Source: a virus. Taken from it: a stretch of 64,000 nucleotides of DNA. Below the pieces are notes generated by a model, which had not been told where the DNA came from, did no database searches, and saw nothing but the letters and a program-made list of their open reading frames with translations. The translations under genes and the position numbers were made by a program. The number at the start of each line of letters is the position of its first letter. Positions within the stretch are counted from its first letter, which is position 1. The stretch is from positions 1 through 64,000 of the IMG/VR virus record IMGVR_UViG_3300036768_001490; one strand, 5' to 3'. Of the stretch, positions 50,967 to 60,642 are shown in pieces.

Positions 50967-51056
50967 TCTCCACCCCTTTGCCTCTGCCTCCTCCGTTTCC
51001 TGGCATGCGCGCTGGTCCCTGGCCAGCGACCAGTGTGGGCTTTCCGCTGCCGTCTG

Positions 51057-54000
51057 CTAGAACATCTGGCCCCCTAGTATGGTAACGAAGATCGGGCAGG
51101 AAAAATTGCCGGTGTGATGGCCGGCGCCATGCACAAACAGGTTGTGGCCGAACCATTCCCCGGACGCGATGCCGTCAGGGTACACGGTCACGGCGCCGCG
51201 ACGGACTTCCGGCATGCCTAGGGCAAGGGCGGAAGAGGTTCCTGCCGGGGCAAGTACCAGTGCCAGCCGCACTGCACCGGACCCTTCCTCGGACGGTATG
51301 CCTGTCGGCGAAACCGTCAGCCCCATGTACGGTACACTGCATGCCTCTTCCGATGGAATCCCGACAGCATGGATGGTGTAGGTAGTCAGCTGGGTGACAG
51401 GGGTGCCGAATAATTCTCCGGATGGAATGCCACTCGGGGATACCGTCAGCTGGACATGTGACGTGCCAAACGATTCTCCGGATGGAATGCCACTCGGAGA
51501 TACCGTCAGACGGATGACAGTGGTGCCGAATACTTCCCCGGATGGAATGCCACTCGGGGATACCGTCAGCCGGATGACAGAGGTGCCGAATAATTCCCCG
51601 GATGGAATGCCACCAGGAGATACTGTCAGCTGGATGACAGGGGTGCCGAATAATTCCCCGGATGGAATGCCACTCGGGGATACCGTCAGCTGGATGACAG
51701 GGGTTCCGAATACTTCCCCAGATGGAATGCCACTCGGGGATACCGTCAGCTGGATGACAGTGGTGCCAAACTCTTCCCCGGATGGAATGCCACTCGGAGA
51801 TACCGTCAGGCGGATGACAGAGGTGCCAAATGCCTCTCCGGACGGAATGCTGTCCGGTGCAATGATTAGTGTGTCCAGCTGGACATGTGGCGTGCCAAAT
51901 ACTTCCCCGGATGGAATGCCACTCGGAGATACCGTCAGCCGGATGACAGAGGTGCCAAACGCTTCCCCGGACGGAATGCCACCAGGAGATACTGTCAGAC
52001 GGATGACAGAGGTGCCGAATACTTCCCCGGACGGAATACCACCAGGGGATACCGTCAGCTGGACACGTGGCGTGCCAAATACTTCCCCTGGTGGAATGCC
52101 ACCAGGAGATACCGTCAGACGGATGACAGAGGTGCCAAATGCTTCTCCGGATGGAATACCACTCGGAGATACTGTCAGCTGGATGACAGGGGTGCCAAAC
52201 GATTCTCCGGATGGAATGCCACCAGGAGATACTGTCAGCTTGATGACAGGGGTGCCGAACGATTCTCCGGACGGAATGCTGTCCGGTGCAATGATTAGTG
52301 TGCCTAGCTGGACATGTGGCGTTCCAAACGCTTCTCCAGACGAAATACCACTCGGAGATACCGTCAGCCGGATGACGGAGGTGCCAAACGCTTCCCCGGG
52401 CGGAATGCCACTCGGAGATACCGTCAGCTGGATGACAGTGGTGCCGAATACTTCCCCGGACGGAATGCCACCAGGAGATACCGCCAGACGGATGACAGGG
52501 GTGCCAAACGCTTCCCCGGGTGGAATGCCACCAGGAGATACTGTCAGCTGGATGACAGTGGTGCCAAACGCTTCCCCGGGTGGAATGCCACCAGGAGATA
52601 CTGTCAGCTGGATGACAGTGGTGCCGAATACTTCCCCGGATGGAATGCCACCAGGAGATACCGTCAGCTGGATGACGGGGGCGCCAAACGCTTCCCCGGA
52701 TGGAATGCTGTCCGGTGTAACGATTAGTGTGCCCAGCTGGACATGTGGCGTGCCAAACGATTCTCCGGATGGAATGCCACTCGGAGATACCGTCAGACGG
52801 ATGACAGGGGTGCCAAACGCTTCCCCGGGTGGAATGCCACCAGGAGATACCGTCAGACGGATGACAGTGGTGCCAAACGCTTCCCCGGACGGAATGCCAC
52901 CAGGAGATACTGTCAGACGGATGACAGGGGTGCCGAATACTTCCCCGGATGGAATGCCACTCGGAGATACCGTCAGACGGATGACAGGGGTGCCAAATGC
53001 TTCTCCGGACGGAATGCTGTCCGGTGCAATGATTAGTGTGCCCAGCTGGACATGTGGCGTGCCAAACGATTCTCCGGATGGAATGCCGCCAGGAGATACC
53101 GTCAGGCGGATGACATAGGTGCCGAATACTTCCCCAGATGGAATGCCACCAGGAGATACCGTCAGCTGGATGACAGGGGTGCCGAATACTTCCCCGGATG
53201 GAATGCCACCAGGAGATACTGTCAGACGGATGACAGAGGTGCCAAACGCTTCCCCGGATGGAATGCTGTCCGGTGTAATGATTAGTGTGCCCAGCTGGAC
53301 ATTTGGCGTGCCAAATACTTCTCCGGATGAAATGCCACTCGGAGATATTGTCAGACGGATGACAGAGGTGCCAAATGCTTCGTCAGACGGGATGCCGGTG
53401 CAGCGGACGGTGAGGCGAAGTCTGGCCGTGCCGAATGATTCCCCAGATGGGATGCCGGTCGGCTCCAGCGGCGCAGGCTCCAGGGCAATCAGCACCGAGG
53501 CCCAAGCAGCTGACCCACTTGCGGTATCGACAACGGTGCCGGTCGGCGACGTGCTGAAATACTCCCGGTCATGTAGGGCTACGGAGCCGCGTTTCCCGCC
53601 TGCGTTTGTCAGGTAACACTGCTGCGTGCCGGAAGTGGCGTCCTCGAAGCGGTAGGTGTACCCTGTGGGGGCCGTGCGCGTCCGGTCATACCCCATGCCG
53701 TTGCAGGCCAGGATGAAGCAACCGGCTCTGGTCGGCGTGATGCTATTGTGTTCGATGGTCGAGTCGCTGCCGGTGTTGAGGGTGCCTACCACGTTGGCAG
53801 GACTGCCGGTGCGCTTGACGCCGCGGTAAGCGGCAATGCCTCCAATCGGCGCGGTCCCGCTGGAGTGCGTCACCGTCAGGTTGGGCGTGGTGCCTGCGTA
53901 GCGGAAGTACCAGACAGACAATCGGCTGGTAGTGCCGCCGCCGTTGCCCTGGACAAGCTGCGTCCAGCCCGAGAAGGAATGCGCCACGTTGTCCGAGGAG

Positions 54001-54113
54001 TGGACAACGGCGATCCAGACGTCATCCACCTGGGGCGAGGGCGGTGCCCCCAGCGTGATGTTGCCGCTGGCGGCGGAGCCTTCGTCGCCGACGCCAACAA
54101 ACGTGATCGGCAC
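51057..54113 (-). CDS. Repeat-rich virion fibre protein (N-terminal beta domain + about 34 copies of a 20/23-aa repeat)
   Basis: Unit [RQ]LTVSP[SG]GIP[SP]GE[AVSL]FGT[PST]VI; follows the MANALFD gene, a pairing familiar from actinophage minor tail modules. Confidence 0.8.
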   Translation of the reverse strand: MPITFVGVGDEGSAASGNITLGAPPSPQVDDVWIAVVHSSDNVAHSFSGWTQLVQGNGGGTTSRLSVWYFRYAGTTPNLTVTHSSGTAPIGGIAAYRGVKRTGSPANVVGTLNTGSDSTIEHNSITPTRAGCFILACNGMGYDRTRTAPTGYTYRFEDATSGTQQCYLTNAGGKRGSVALHDREYFSTSPTGTVVDTASGSAAWASVLIALEPAPLEPTGIPSGESFGTARLRLTVRCTGIPSDEAFGTSVIRLTISPSGISSGEVFGTPNVQLGTLIITPDSIPSGEAFGTSVIRLTVSPGGIPSGEVFGTPVIQLTVSPGGIPSGEVFGTYVIRLTVSPGGIPSGESFGTPHVQLGTLIIAPDSIPSGEAFGTPVIRLTVSPSGIPSGEVFGTPVIRLTVSPGGIPSGEAFGTTVIRLTVSPGGIPPGEAFGTPVIRLTVSPSGIPSGESFGTPHVQLGTLIVTPDSIPSGEAFGAPVIQLTVSPGGIPSGEVFGTTVIQLTVSPGGIPPGEAFGTTVIQLTVSPGGIPPGEAFGTPVIRLAVSPGGIPSGEVFGTTVIQLTVSPSGIPPGEAFGTSVIRLTVSPSGISSGEAFGTPHVQLGTLIIAPDSIPSGESFGTPVIKLTVSPGGIPSGESFGTPVIQLTVSPSGIPSGEAFGTSVIRLTVSPGGIPPGEVFGTPRVQLTVSPGGIPSGEVFGTSVIRLTVSPGGIPSGEAFGTSVIRLTVSPSGIPSGEVFGTPHVQLDTLIIAPDSIPSGEAFGTSVIRLTVSPSGIPSGEEFGTTVIQLTVSPSGIPSGEVFGTPVIQLTVSPSGIPSGELFGTPVIQLTVSPGGIPSGELFGTSVIRLTVSPSGIPSGEVFGTTVIRLTVSPSGIPSGESFGTSHVQLTVSPSGIPSGELFGTPVTQLTTYTIHAVGIPSEEACSVPYMGLTVSPTGIPSEEGSGAVRLALVLAPAGTSSALALGMPEVRRGAVTVYPDGIASGEWFGHNLFVHGAGHHTGNFSCPIFVTILGGQMF
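51385..53462 (-). repeat. Coding tandem repeat of 60-bp units with five 69-bp variants
   Basis: Seven consecutive 60-nt lines from 51421 begin gatggaatgc; 34 FG[TA] units; PDSIP variants at units 4, 8, 13, 20 and 27. Confidence 0.95.
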
Positions 54114-54163
54114 GGGTGCGCCTCACCACACCATGCAGAGACAGGTCCAGGAGGGGACTCTTC

Positions 54164-54433
54164 TTACCCCCCGGTGCTCTGGCTGCCACCGGGCTCGCCG
54201 ACCGCAGCCGTCGAGGCGATGCTTTCTGCCGCTACGACGCGCCGGAGTGCTTCCTTCTGGTCATCGAGCAGTCCGGTCCACATGTTCTCGGCCTCTGCTT
54301 GGGCCAGCAGCTTGTCCCGCTGGGATACCAGCTCCAGGATCTGCGCCCGGCGGGACTCACGCTCTGCCGCCAGGGCGGCGCTGAGATCCGCGATCATCTC
54401 CTCCAGCTCTGCGATCCGTTGCGCTGTGTTCAT
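54164..54433 (-). CDS. Small coiled-coil protein (89 aa)
   Basis: ATGA coupling; MNTAQRIAELEEMIADLSAALAAE heptad pattern. Confidence 0.65.
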   Translation of the reverse strand: MNTAQRIAELEEMIADLSAALAAERESRRAQILELVSQRDKLLAQAEAENMWTGLLDDQKEALRRVVAAESIASTAAVGEPGGSQSTGG

Positions 54434-54960
54434 TCCTGACACCTCCTGGCTGGCGGCCGCACCGCCACGGTGGGCCTGCCAACGGAACCCCGGGGACGGA
54501 TGCCGCCGCACGCGGCGGCACTCTGGCCTGCCTCGTACAGCTTGCGTTGGTCGGAAGTCAGTTGCAGCGGTATGCCCAGGCACCAGAGGAGGGCCTGGTC
54601 CGCAATCTGCCGTTCCGCCACAGCCGCCGTGTCGGCCTCGACCTCCTTGGCCTGGGTGTAGGCGGCCTTGCCGACCTCGTAGGCTGACTCGTGCGGCGCC
54701 TCCAGCCACAGCCTCCCGTCCAGCTCGACCAGGACCATCAGACCGAACCGGCGCACGACGAGCCGTCCGTCTCCCACCCGTTCCGGTCCGAGGTCTGCTG
54801 GCTCCGTGCCCGTGGCCGCGTAGCGGCGCGCCTCCTCAAAACGGCGCTTGAGCGCCAGATAGAAGTCCACGGCGGCCGGCCAGCTCAGGCCGATGCCTCG
54901 GCCGTTGCTCGTGATTACTACCCAGTTGCCGCGACGACCGACCCTGCATTCCTGCCGCAC
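54430..54960 (-). CDS. Hypothetical protein (176 aa)
   Basis: GTG start just downstream of the repeated AT motif; ATGA coupling at its 3' end. Confidence 0.6.
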   Translation of the reverse strand: MRQECRVGRRGNWVVITSNGRGIGLSWPAAVDFYLALKRRFEEARRYAATGTEPADLGPERVGDGRLVVRRFGLMVLVELDGRLWLEAPHESAYEVGKAAYTQAKEVEADTAAVAERQIADQALLWCLGIPLQLTSDQRKLYEAGQSAAACGGIRPRGSVGRPTVAVRPPARRCQE

Positions 54961-54971
54961 GGGAAAGTTCC

Positions 54972-54986
54972 AAAATCCGTTTTTTA
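54972..54986 (-). promoter_or_regulatory. TAAAAAACGGATTTT motif, copy 2
   Basis: Identical to 12516..12530; begins at the TAA stop of 54984..55394 and lies 11 nt before the GTG at 54960. Confidence 0.5.
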
Positions 54987-55394
54987 CAACTTGAAGATGC
55001 GGTTCGGCCCGTTGTCCCACTGGATGATAATGTCGCCGCCGTTCGGTGTCACTGGCAGGCCCGTGGCCGTGTCGATGAATGCGATCAGGTACTTGGCCGA
55101 CTCGGAAGCTGGCGTGTCATCGTAAATGACAATCGACTCGACAGAGGCCCCGGACACGGTCGAGAGCGTGACGTCGGCCGCGTCGGCCACGCCCGCCGTC
55201 GAGGTCTTGGAAGTGAAGTTGCCGCTGGTGGCGACCCGCGCCCCGGCAGCGATGTCGTCGAGGAAGTCGTCGCTGGACACGGACGGCGTATCGACGCCGT
55301 GGTCCACCAGGACCAAGCGGATGTTGTCCGCTGTCCAGTCGATATTTGCATCCAGGAAGTGCCCGCGGGCAGAGTCAAACAATGCATTGGCCAT
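54984..55394 (-). CDS. Conserved small virion protein (MANALFD... family, seen in actinophage minor tail modules)
   Basis: MANALFDSARGHFLDANIDW...GVADAADVTL...IAFIDTATGLPVTPNGGDIIIQWDNG. Confidence 0.7.
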   Translation of the reverse strand: MANALFDSARGHFLDANIDWTADNIRLVLVDHGVDTPSVSSDDFLDDIAAGARVATSGNFTSKTSTAGVADAADVTLSTVSGASVESIVIYDDTPASESAKYLIAFIDTATGLPVTPNGGDIIIQWDNGPNRIFKL

Positions 55395-55421
55395 CAGTGG
55401 CAGTCCCCTTTCTCCCTAGAC

Positions 55422-57065
55422 CTAGATGAGGGGCGATTCCGCAATGACCGTCTCGCTGCCGTCTCCCCACAGGGCGACCAGCTGCGAGCGCGTCCCCATG
55501 CCGCTGCTCAGGCTCAGGCTGCCCGTGTCGTTGCGCAGGTAAAGACGGACCCGGTTGGGCAATGGTATCTGGGGCGCCGGGATCTCTTCCAGCTCGATGT
55601 AGTCGCCGATTCCCACTCCCTGGGCTCCCTGGGCTCCCTGGGCTCCCTGGGCGCCACCGCTGCTGCTGTGCGTGAAGCTGAGGACCACCTGGTCGTTCGC
55701 GGCAAAGGAGCCGTTGCCGGTGATGTAGGACACCGTGAACTTGCGGTAGCCGTTGCCGTTTATCACGTTGCCGCTGACAACGTAGACGGCGAACCGGCTG
55801 CTGTCATCTTCCTTGAAGATGCGCAGGATGCCTCGGTGGGAGACCGGGCCCGTGTCGTCGAAGCTGTCCAGCCAAGAGGTCCGGTCCGCCAGCAGGCGGT
55901 CCAGGTTGTCGGCGTAGATGGTCGTGACCGAGGACGGGACGGCGTGGTCGTAGCGCAGGTAGCCGGGCCCCGGGTCCGAGTCCAGCAGAGACGAGGAGAA
56001 CGTGTATGGCGCGCTGTTGCCGCCGGCGTCTCCCCGGCTGCCCTGTGCCCCTGGCACGCCCTGGGCGCCTTGCGCCCCAGGTGGTCCCTGCGCCCCCTGG
56101 TCGCCCTGGAAGCCGGCGTCTCCGGGGCTGCCCTGCGCCCCCTGGGAACCTGTGGCTCCAGGCTGTCCCTGCTCGCCGGCGGGGCCCTGGGGGCCCTGGA
56201 GTCCGGTGCTGCCGGCAGGCCCCTGTTCCCCCGGCACGCCCTGGGCTCCCTGCGGACCAGGGTCGCCCTGTGCCCCCTGGTTCCCCTGGTAGCCCTGGTC
56301 GCCCGGGATGCCTGGCTCCCCCTGGAACCCCTGGGCTCCCACGGCGCCCTGGGCGCCTGTCTCACCCTGCGGTCCCATCGGACCCTGGGCCCCCACGGCG
56401 CCCTGGGCACCTACCGGACCTTGCATGCCCATTGGACCCTGGGCCCCTGTTGGCCCCTGGGGACCAGCATCTCCCTGTTTCCCCTGGGCACCGCTCAGGC
56501 CGGCCATGCCTTGCCTGCCCTGTGCCCCCTGGCTGCCCTGGGCGCCCACGGCACCCTGGGGACCGGCCGGCCCCACCGCGCCTTGGGCGCCGGCCACCCC
56601 CTGCGGCCCCTGGGGACCGGCACTTCCCTGCTTGCCCTGTGCTCCTTGGCTGCCCTGTACGCCGGCTGGACCCTGCGCCCCCACCACTCCCTGGGCGCCG
56701 ACCGGACCCTGAGCCCCCGTCTGGCCCTGGGGGCCTGCTGGGCCCTGCGCCCCCACTGTGCCCTGGGCGCCGACCGGACCCTGAGCCCCCGTCGGACCCT
56801 GGGGGCCTGCTGGTCCCGTGGCGCCGGGCGGACCCTGCTGGCCCGTGGCACCCTGGGCGCCCTGTGGACCTGGACTGCCCTGGCTGCCCTGGAAGCCGTG
56901 CGCTGGCCCCTGGAATCCCTGGGCGCCGACTGGACCGGGCTGGCCCTGGTATCCCTGGTGGCCACGGATGCCTTGGTAGCCGCGTAGTCCCCGCGGGCCC
57001 TGGCTCCCCTGAAAGCCGCGCACGCCGCTGGGACCGGGCGGGCCTTCCCGAGCGGTGGTTGTCAT
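55422..57065 (-). CDS. Collagen-like head fibre (about 110 Gly-X-Y triplets + globular domain + short second collagen)
   Basis: GPQ/GAQ-dominated; [19 protein letters not shown] domain; located among head genes. Confidence 0.85.
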   Translation of the reverse strand: MTTTAREGPPGPSGVRGFQGSQGPRGLRGYQGIRGHQGYQGQPGPVGAQGFQGPAHGFQGSQGSPGPQGAQGATGQQGPPGATGPAGPQGPTGAQGPVGAQGTVGAQGPAGPQGQTGAQGPVGAQGVVGAQGPAGVQGSQGAQGKQGSAGPQGPQGVAGAQGAVGPAGPQGAVGAQGSQGAQGRQGMAGLSGAQGKQGDAGPQGPTGAQGPMGMQGPVGAQGAVGAQGPMGPQGETGAQGAVGAQGFQGEPGIPGDQGYQGNQGAQGDPGPQGAQGVPGEQGPAGSTGLQGPQGPAGEQGQPGATGSQGAQGSPGDAGFQGDQGAQGPPGAQGAQGVPGAQGSRGDAGGNSAPYTFSSSLLDSDPGPGYLRYDHAVPSSVTTIYADNLDRLLADRTSWLDSFDDTGPVSHRGILRIFKEDDSSRFAVYVVSGNVINGNGYRKFTVSYITGNGSFAANDQVVLSFTHSSSGGAQGAQGAQGAQGVGIGDYIELEEIPAPQIPLPNRVRLYLRNDTGSLSLSSGMGTRSQLVALWGDGSETVIAESPLI

Positions 57066-57078
57066 CTCGCCTCCTCGA

Positions 57079-57113
57079 CAAAAACGGCGGGCCCGGTAAG
57101 GGTGCCCGCCGTT
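57079..57113 (-). terminator. Rho-independent terminator after the head gene cluster
   Basis: Minus strand AACGGCGGGC-ACCCTTACCGG-GCCCGCCG-TTTTTG, immediately before the collagen gene RBS. Confidence 0.72.
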
Positions 57114-57156
57114 GCGGGTCCGCGCGACCGACGCGCCGGCGGTGACTGGAAGAGCC

Positions 57157-57504
57157 TCACGGCCCGGACAGGGAAACGTTCCAGCAGGGATCGGCCACGC
57201 CGAGCACGCCGTTGGTCAACTTGAGTGTGCGGACGGAGCCTGGATGGTTCGTGTCCTCCAGGACGGGGCTGGGGGTCTGGATGATCTCCAGGTCGCCACG
57301 TTGCAGGGCGCGCTCGAAGGCGAGGATGGAGCGGCGCGCCTCTCCCCGCTCGAAGCGGACCAGGGACTCCTTGATGTCGCCGAAGACGGTGAACTCTTCT
57401 CCGGCATCCAGCTCGCGTCCGTGCGGCGGCAGGAAGCCGAACTTCTTCCGTCCGCCCGACGTGTTCTTGACGGTGGAGTACAAGCACTGCATATCGTAAG
57501 GCAT
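57157..57504 (-). CDS. Small head-associated protein (115 aa)
   Basis: GAGGAGG RBS; within the head module. Confidence 0.75.
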   Translation of the reverse strand: MPYDMQCLYSTVKNTSGGRKKFGFLPPHGRELDAGEEFTVFGDIKESLVRFERGEARRSILAFERALQRGDLEIIQTPSPVLEDTNHPGSVRTLKLTNGVLGVADPCWNVSLSGP

Positions 57505-57557
57505 GGGTGCCCTCCTCGGTCATCCGGGGAACAGCGCCGCCGGCGCTGGCCAGCTAC

Positions 57558-57995
57558 CTACCGCGACGCTTCCAGCTGTGCCTGGATTTCGGCTGCCTCG
57601 GCTGCCTTCAGGGCCAGGACCGAGTTGTACAGGATGGGGTTGCGGCACAGGTCCACGGCTGCCTGCCACTTGGCCATTTCCTCGTTGGCGGCCTGGGCCT
57701 GCTTGATGCTTCCGTCCAGACCGTGCGAGCTTACGACGTGGTCCAGCATCCGGTTGGCCACGAAGTAGGGGTTAACCGCTGTCGAGCCGGCGTCCTGCGC
57801 CTGCTTGACCACGGCGTCGTGCTCGACCAGGCGCAGCTTGCCGGCCGTTTCCAGCATCCACTGCGCCTCTTCCGGGCTACGGGGGCAGTAGCCGGCTGCA
57901 GCGCACTTGTTGAAGAACACCTGCTGGTGGACGGCGGTGAACAGGTTGTTGTAGGCCGTCTGGACGTCTGGCAGGACGGACTGGTTCTCGTTCAC
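57558..57995 (-). CDS. Head-associated helical protein with K-x-A motifs
   Basis: GTG start with GGGAG RBS (alternative TTG at 58016); 4 of 6 Lys are in K-x-A. Confidence 0.7.
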   Translation of the reverse strand: MNENQSVLPDVQTAYNNLFTAVHQQVFFNKCAAAGYCPRSPEEAQWMLETAGKLRLVEHDAVVKQAQDAGSTAVNPYFVANRMLDHVVSSHGLDGSIKQAQAANEEMAKWQAAVDLCRNPILYNSVLALKAAEAAEIQAQLEASR

Positions 57996-58043
57996 GGGTA
58001 TGTACTCCCAGGACAATTATGGGTCGGCCGGAGCCGCCACGGG

Positions 58044-58400
58044 TCACATGCCGCCAAGCAACTGCCGCAGGCGCGCCAGCTCCTCCGCGCTGAGCGCCTC
58101 CTGCTTCTGGAGCGCCTGTTCGCCGCCGGCCTCACGCAAGAGCTTGCGCAGCAACAGCTCCCGGAGCAGCTGGTCCGTGGCCGTGTCCGGACGAGAAGGC
58201 TGCTGCACGACAACGGGACTGAACACCGGCGCCGGATAGTAGTAATAGCTGAAGTAAGTGACGTAGGCCGGCGATGGAGAATACACCGACCGGCTGGCAG
58301 AGGAGTAGCACGAGGAGCCATGTGCCGCCGCCGGCGCCGCCAGTCCCAGCAGGCTGGCAAGGAACATGGCCGCCGGCACCAGGAACAAGGATGGCCTCAT
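58044..58400 (-). CDS. Secreted Tyr/Ser/Pro-rich small protein (planctomycete-like)
   Basis: Signal MRPSLFLVPAAMFLASLLGLAAPAAA-HG; YVTYFSYYYYPAPV; helical tail LLRELLLRKLL. Confidence 0.72.
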   Translation of the reverse strand: MRPSLFLVPAAMFLASLLGLAAPAAAHGSSCYSSASRSVYSPSPAYVTYFSYYYYPAPVFSPVVVQQPSRPDTATDQLLRELLLRKLLREAGGEQALQKQEALSAEELARLRQLLGGM

Positions 58401-58430
58401 GGATGGTCCCCTTTCTGTCCAGCGGAAGGA

Positions 58431-58829
58431 CTAGCCCTGGTTCTTGAAGAAGTCCTGTCCGATCATGCCGTTGTTGCGGTAGTAGTCGCGCGAGCGCGGG
58501 ATGCCGAGACTGTCCAGCTCGATCTTCCAGGAGTTCGGGCTGTGCGGGATAGGCGGCGCCGACGGGTTGGTCTCATGGTTTGCGATCTCGTCCTTCCTGT
58601 CCGCCGCATAGAACCGGCGCGTGCTCCCCTGGTTGTTGCGGATTGAGGTCCGGACCAGCTCCGGCACGCCAGGCGTGTACCCCTGGCCGGCGACCGTGCC
58701 AGGCGGCTGGACAACGTTGACCCGGGTAATGGCCTGGTCCACGTAGACGCCACGAGGGGCCTGGCTGTTGGCAGCCAGCGTCGTGCGCACGGGCTGGGCC
58801 TGGGGCCTTGGGTCGTTAGGGCTGCTCAT
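58431..58829 (-). CDS. Hypothetical protein downstream of the capsid gene (132 aa)
   Basis: GGAGGG RBS before MSSPND; packed in the operon. Confidence 0.7.
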   Translation of the reverse strand: MSSPNDPRPQAQPVRTTLAANSQAPRGVYVDQAITRVNVVQPPGTVAGQGYTPGVPELVRTSIRNNQGSTRRFYAADRKDEIANHETNPSAPPIPHSPNSWKIELDSLGIPRSRDYYRNNGMIGQDFFKNQG

Positions 58830-58908
58830 GGTCTGTCCCTCCTCCGTCACCGGAGGCGGCCGGCACGGCCGCTCCTCCCTTCCCTGTCCTGTCCGTCGTC
58901 TCCGCTCC

Positions 58909-59850
58909 TTACTGGAAGTCGGCGCGGGCCAGACCGCCCGTATGGCCGATGGCGCCGCCCAGCGTCTCGTAAGCGAAGAACTCCAGCATGTATGCTTCGC
59001 GCCGGATGTACATGGTCGTGTCTTCCAGCAGGTAGCTCTTGCCGATGAACTTCGGATCCGCGAACTGGTAGATAGTGTTGGTCGGCACCAGGCCCTTCTT
59101 GATCGTGATAATCCAGTTGACGCCGAGGAACTGCTGGAGCGACCAGCCGTTCTTCATGATGTCCTCGGCCAGCGTGCCGCCCATCTCGTTGTGGGTGAAC
59201 TTGCCCACTTCCTTGATGGTGATGTTGTTCAGCAGGCAGACGTGGACCTCCAGGTTCGACGGCGTGTTGGGCATGATCTTGAGGCTGTCCCAGAGCGTGT
59301 CCCGGGTAATGCCTCCAGCGATGACCTCGTACTGCACCGTGCCAGAGGTCGGCACGACCAGGCCAGGTCCGACCAGGGCCGCGTTGACAGCGCGGAGGAA
59401 CTTGCCGTCCTCCTCTGCCAGCATGTCCTTGATGGCGTTGTCGGACAGCACCTGGCGGATGTCCATGACCCAGGTACGCAGCTCGTCCACGTCCTTGGTG
59501 AAGCGCTGCGTGACGATGCGGTCGAACATGACCCGGTAGCGCGGGCCGCGGATGTACAGGTTCGTCGGCAGCGTGGCGAAGGGGATGGAGATGGCCGCGG
59601 GGGAGTCCGGTTCCTTGTCCACCACCTTGACCGGCTTGTCCGTGTCCACCTGCCGGTCCAGCTCGTCGTTGGTGATCTGGAGCGGCGGTATGAGGCGCCG
59701 GTAGAAGCCGTCTTCACGCATCTTGGTGCGCGTGAAGTCATTGATCCCGTCGATGGCCTGCTTCTCCATGACCGGGTCATTGCTGGAGAGATACTCGAAG
59801 GCGGCCTCGGACATCATCTTCGATTCTTCTCGCGTGAGTACCTGGGGCAT
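58909..59850 (-). CDS. Major capsid protein (HK97-like fold)
   Basis: 313 aa after protease/scaffold/decoration genes; E-loop-like PVKVVDKEPDSPAAISIPF; spine-helix-like DIRQVLSDNAIKDMLAEEDGKFL; P/A-domain-like IYQFADPKFIGK...EFFAYETLGGAIG. Confidence 0.82.
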   Translation of the reverse strand: MPQVLTREESKMMSEAAFEYLSSNDPVMEKQAIDGINDFTRTKMREDGFYRRLIPPLQITNDELDRQVDTDKPVKVVDKEPDSPAAISIPFATLPTNLYIRGPRYRVMFDRIVTQRFTKDVDELRTWVMDIRQVLSDNAIKDMLAEEDGKFLRAVNAALVGPGLVVPTSGTVQYEVIAGGITRDTLWDSLKIMPNTPSNLEVHVCLLNNITIKEVGKFTHNEMGGTLAEDIMKNGWSLQQFLGVNWIITIKKGLVPTNTIYQFADPKFIGKSYLLEDTTMYIRREAYMLEFFAYETLGGAIGHTGGLARADFQ

Positions 59851-60042
59851 GATCGGTAGACCTCCGTGCAGAAGGTATGTTCATCCTTGGAAACGGGGCG
59901 GCCACGGCCGCCCTCACCTTCCGGACCGTCCGCCTTTCTAGTGGCGGCACGCCACGGCCGGCATGTGTGAAGACGGTGCGCCCCAGGCATACGACCATGC
60001 GCTGCGCCGCCGGGGCGGCCCCGGCGCGGCGCTGCCGGGCCA

Positions 60043-60573
60043 TTACGACGGGAATACGGGGAACGGCCAGAAGGCGACCGCGTCGTGCCCGTAGCCGTTG
60101 TCCACAATGCCGCGGCTGACGAAGCCGACGATCATGTCGGTGTACAGCGTACCCGGCCGTAGCTTACCCGCGTGGACGCCGGACAGCGGCGAGGTCAGCG
60201 GCGTGTTGATGTTGAAGGTGTCCGTCTTGACGAAGGCAGTGCTCACCAGCTCGTAGGCGCCCACGGCCACCAAGGCCATCGCCTGCCCGGTCGGGTTGAT
60301 GGCAACCCACACCCCTTTCTCAGTGGCCGGGTCGCCGCCATCGTTCTTGACGTCGGGATCGTTGGAGCCGTTGAACATGAACAGGGGCATCACCCGGAGC
60401 GTGCCCACGCCCAGTTCGTACTTGCCGTCCGCGTTCAAATGGACCACGGCACCCGGCGGCACGTCCTGGGTGACGGTCTCGTCGAACTCGGTATGGAAAT
60501 CGACGGCGGCGGGGGCTGGCCAGCCCTTCAAAGCGTTCAGCGTGTTCGCCGTCATCTGGCGAGGAGCGGACAT
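60043..60573 (-). CDS. Head decoration/cement-like protein (176 aa)
   Basis: Beta-rich gene directly upstream of the capsid gene; INTPLTSPLSGVHAGKL...IVGFVSRG resembles decoration proteins. Confidence 0.55.
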   Translation of the reverse strand: MSAPRQMTANTLNALKGWPAPAAVDFHTEFDETVTQDVPPGAVVHLNADGKYELGVGTLRVMPLFMFNGSNDPDVKNDGGDPATEKGVWVAINPTGQAMALVAVGAYELVSTAFVKTDTFNINTPLTSPLSGVHAGKLRPGTLYTDMIVGFVSRGIVDNGYGHDAVAFWPFPVFPS

Positions 60574-60642
60574 AACGGTATCCTCCGTGAAACCCTTGCT
60601 TCGTGCAGTCCATGCACTTCCGTCGCGCCGGTCCGGCTTGTC

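Noticed and set aside
51385-53462. 60-bp periodic array as a CRISPR array
   Set aside because: No unique spacers; the whole unit is repeated and stays in frame within one ORF; no cas genes.
51057-54113. Diversity-generating retroelement acting on the repeat or fibre genes
   Set aside because: No reverse transcriptase or separate template/variable repeat pair seen; variation is not visibly confined to adenines.
54960-55020. -1 frameshift fusing 54984..55394 to 54430..54960 at the AAAAAAC run
   Set aside because: The frames are compatible, but the A run starts within the TAA stop and no slippery sequence precedes it.
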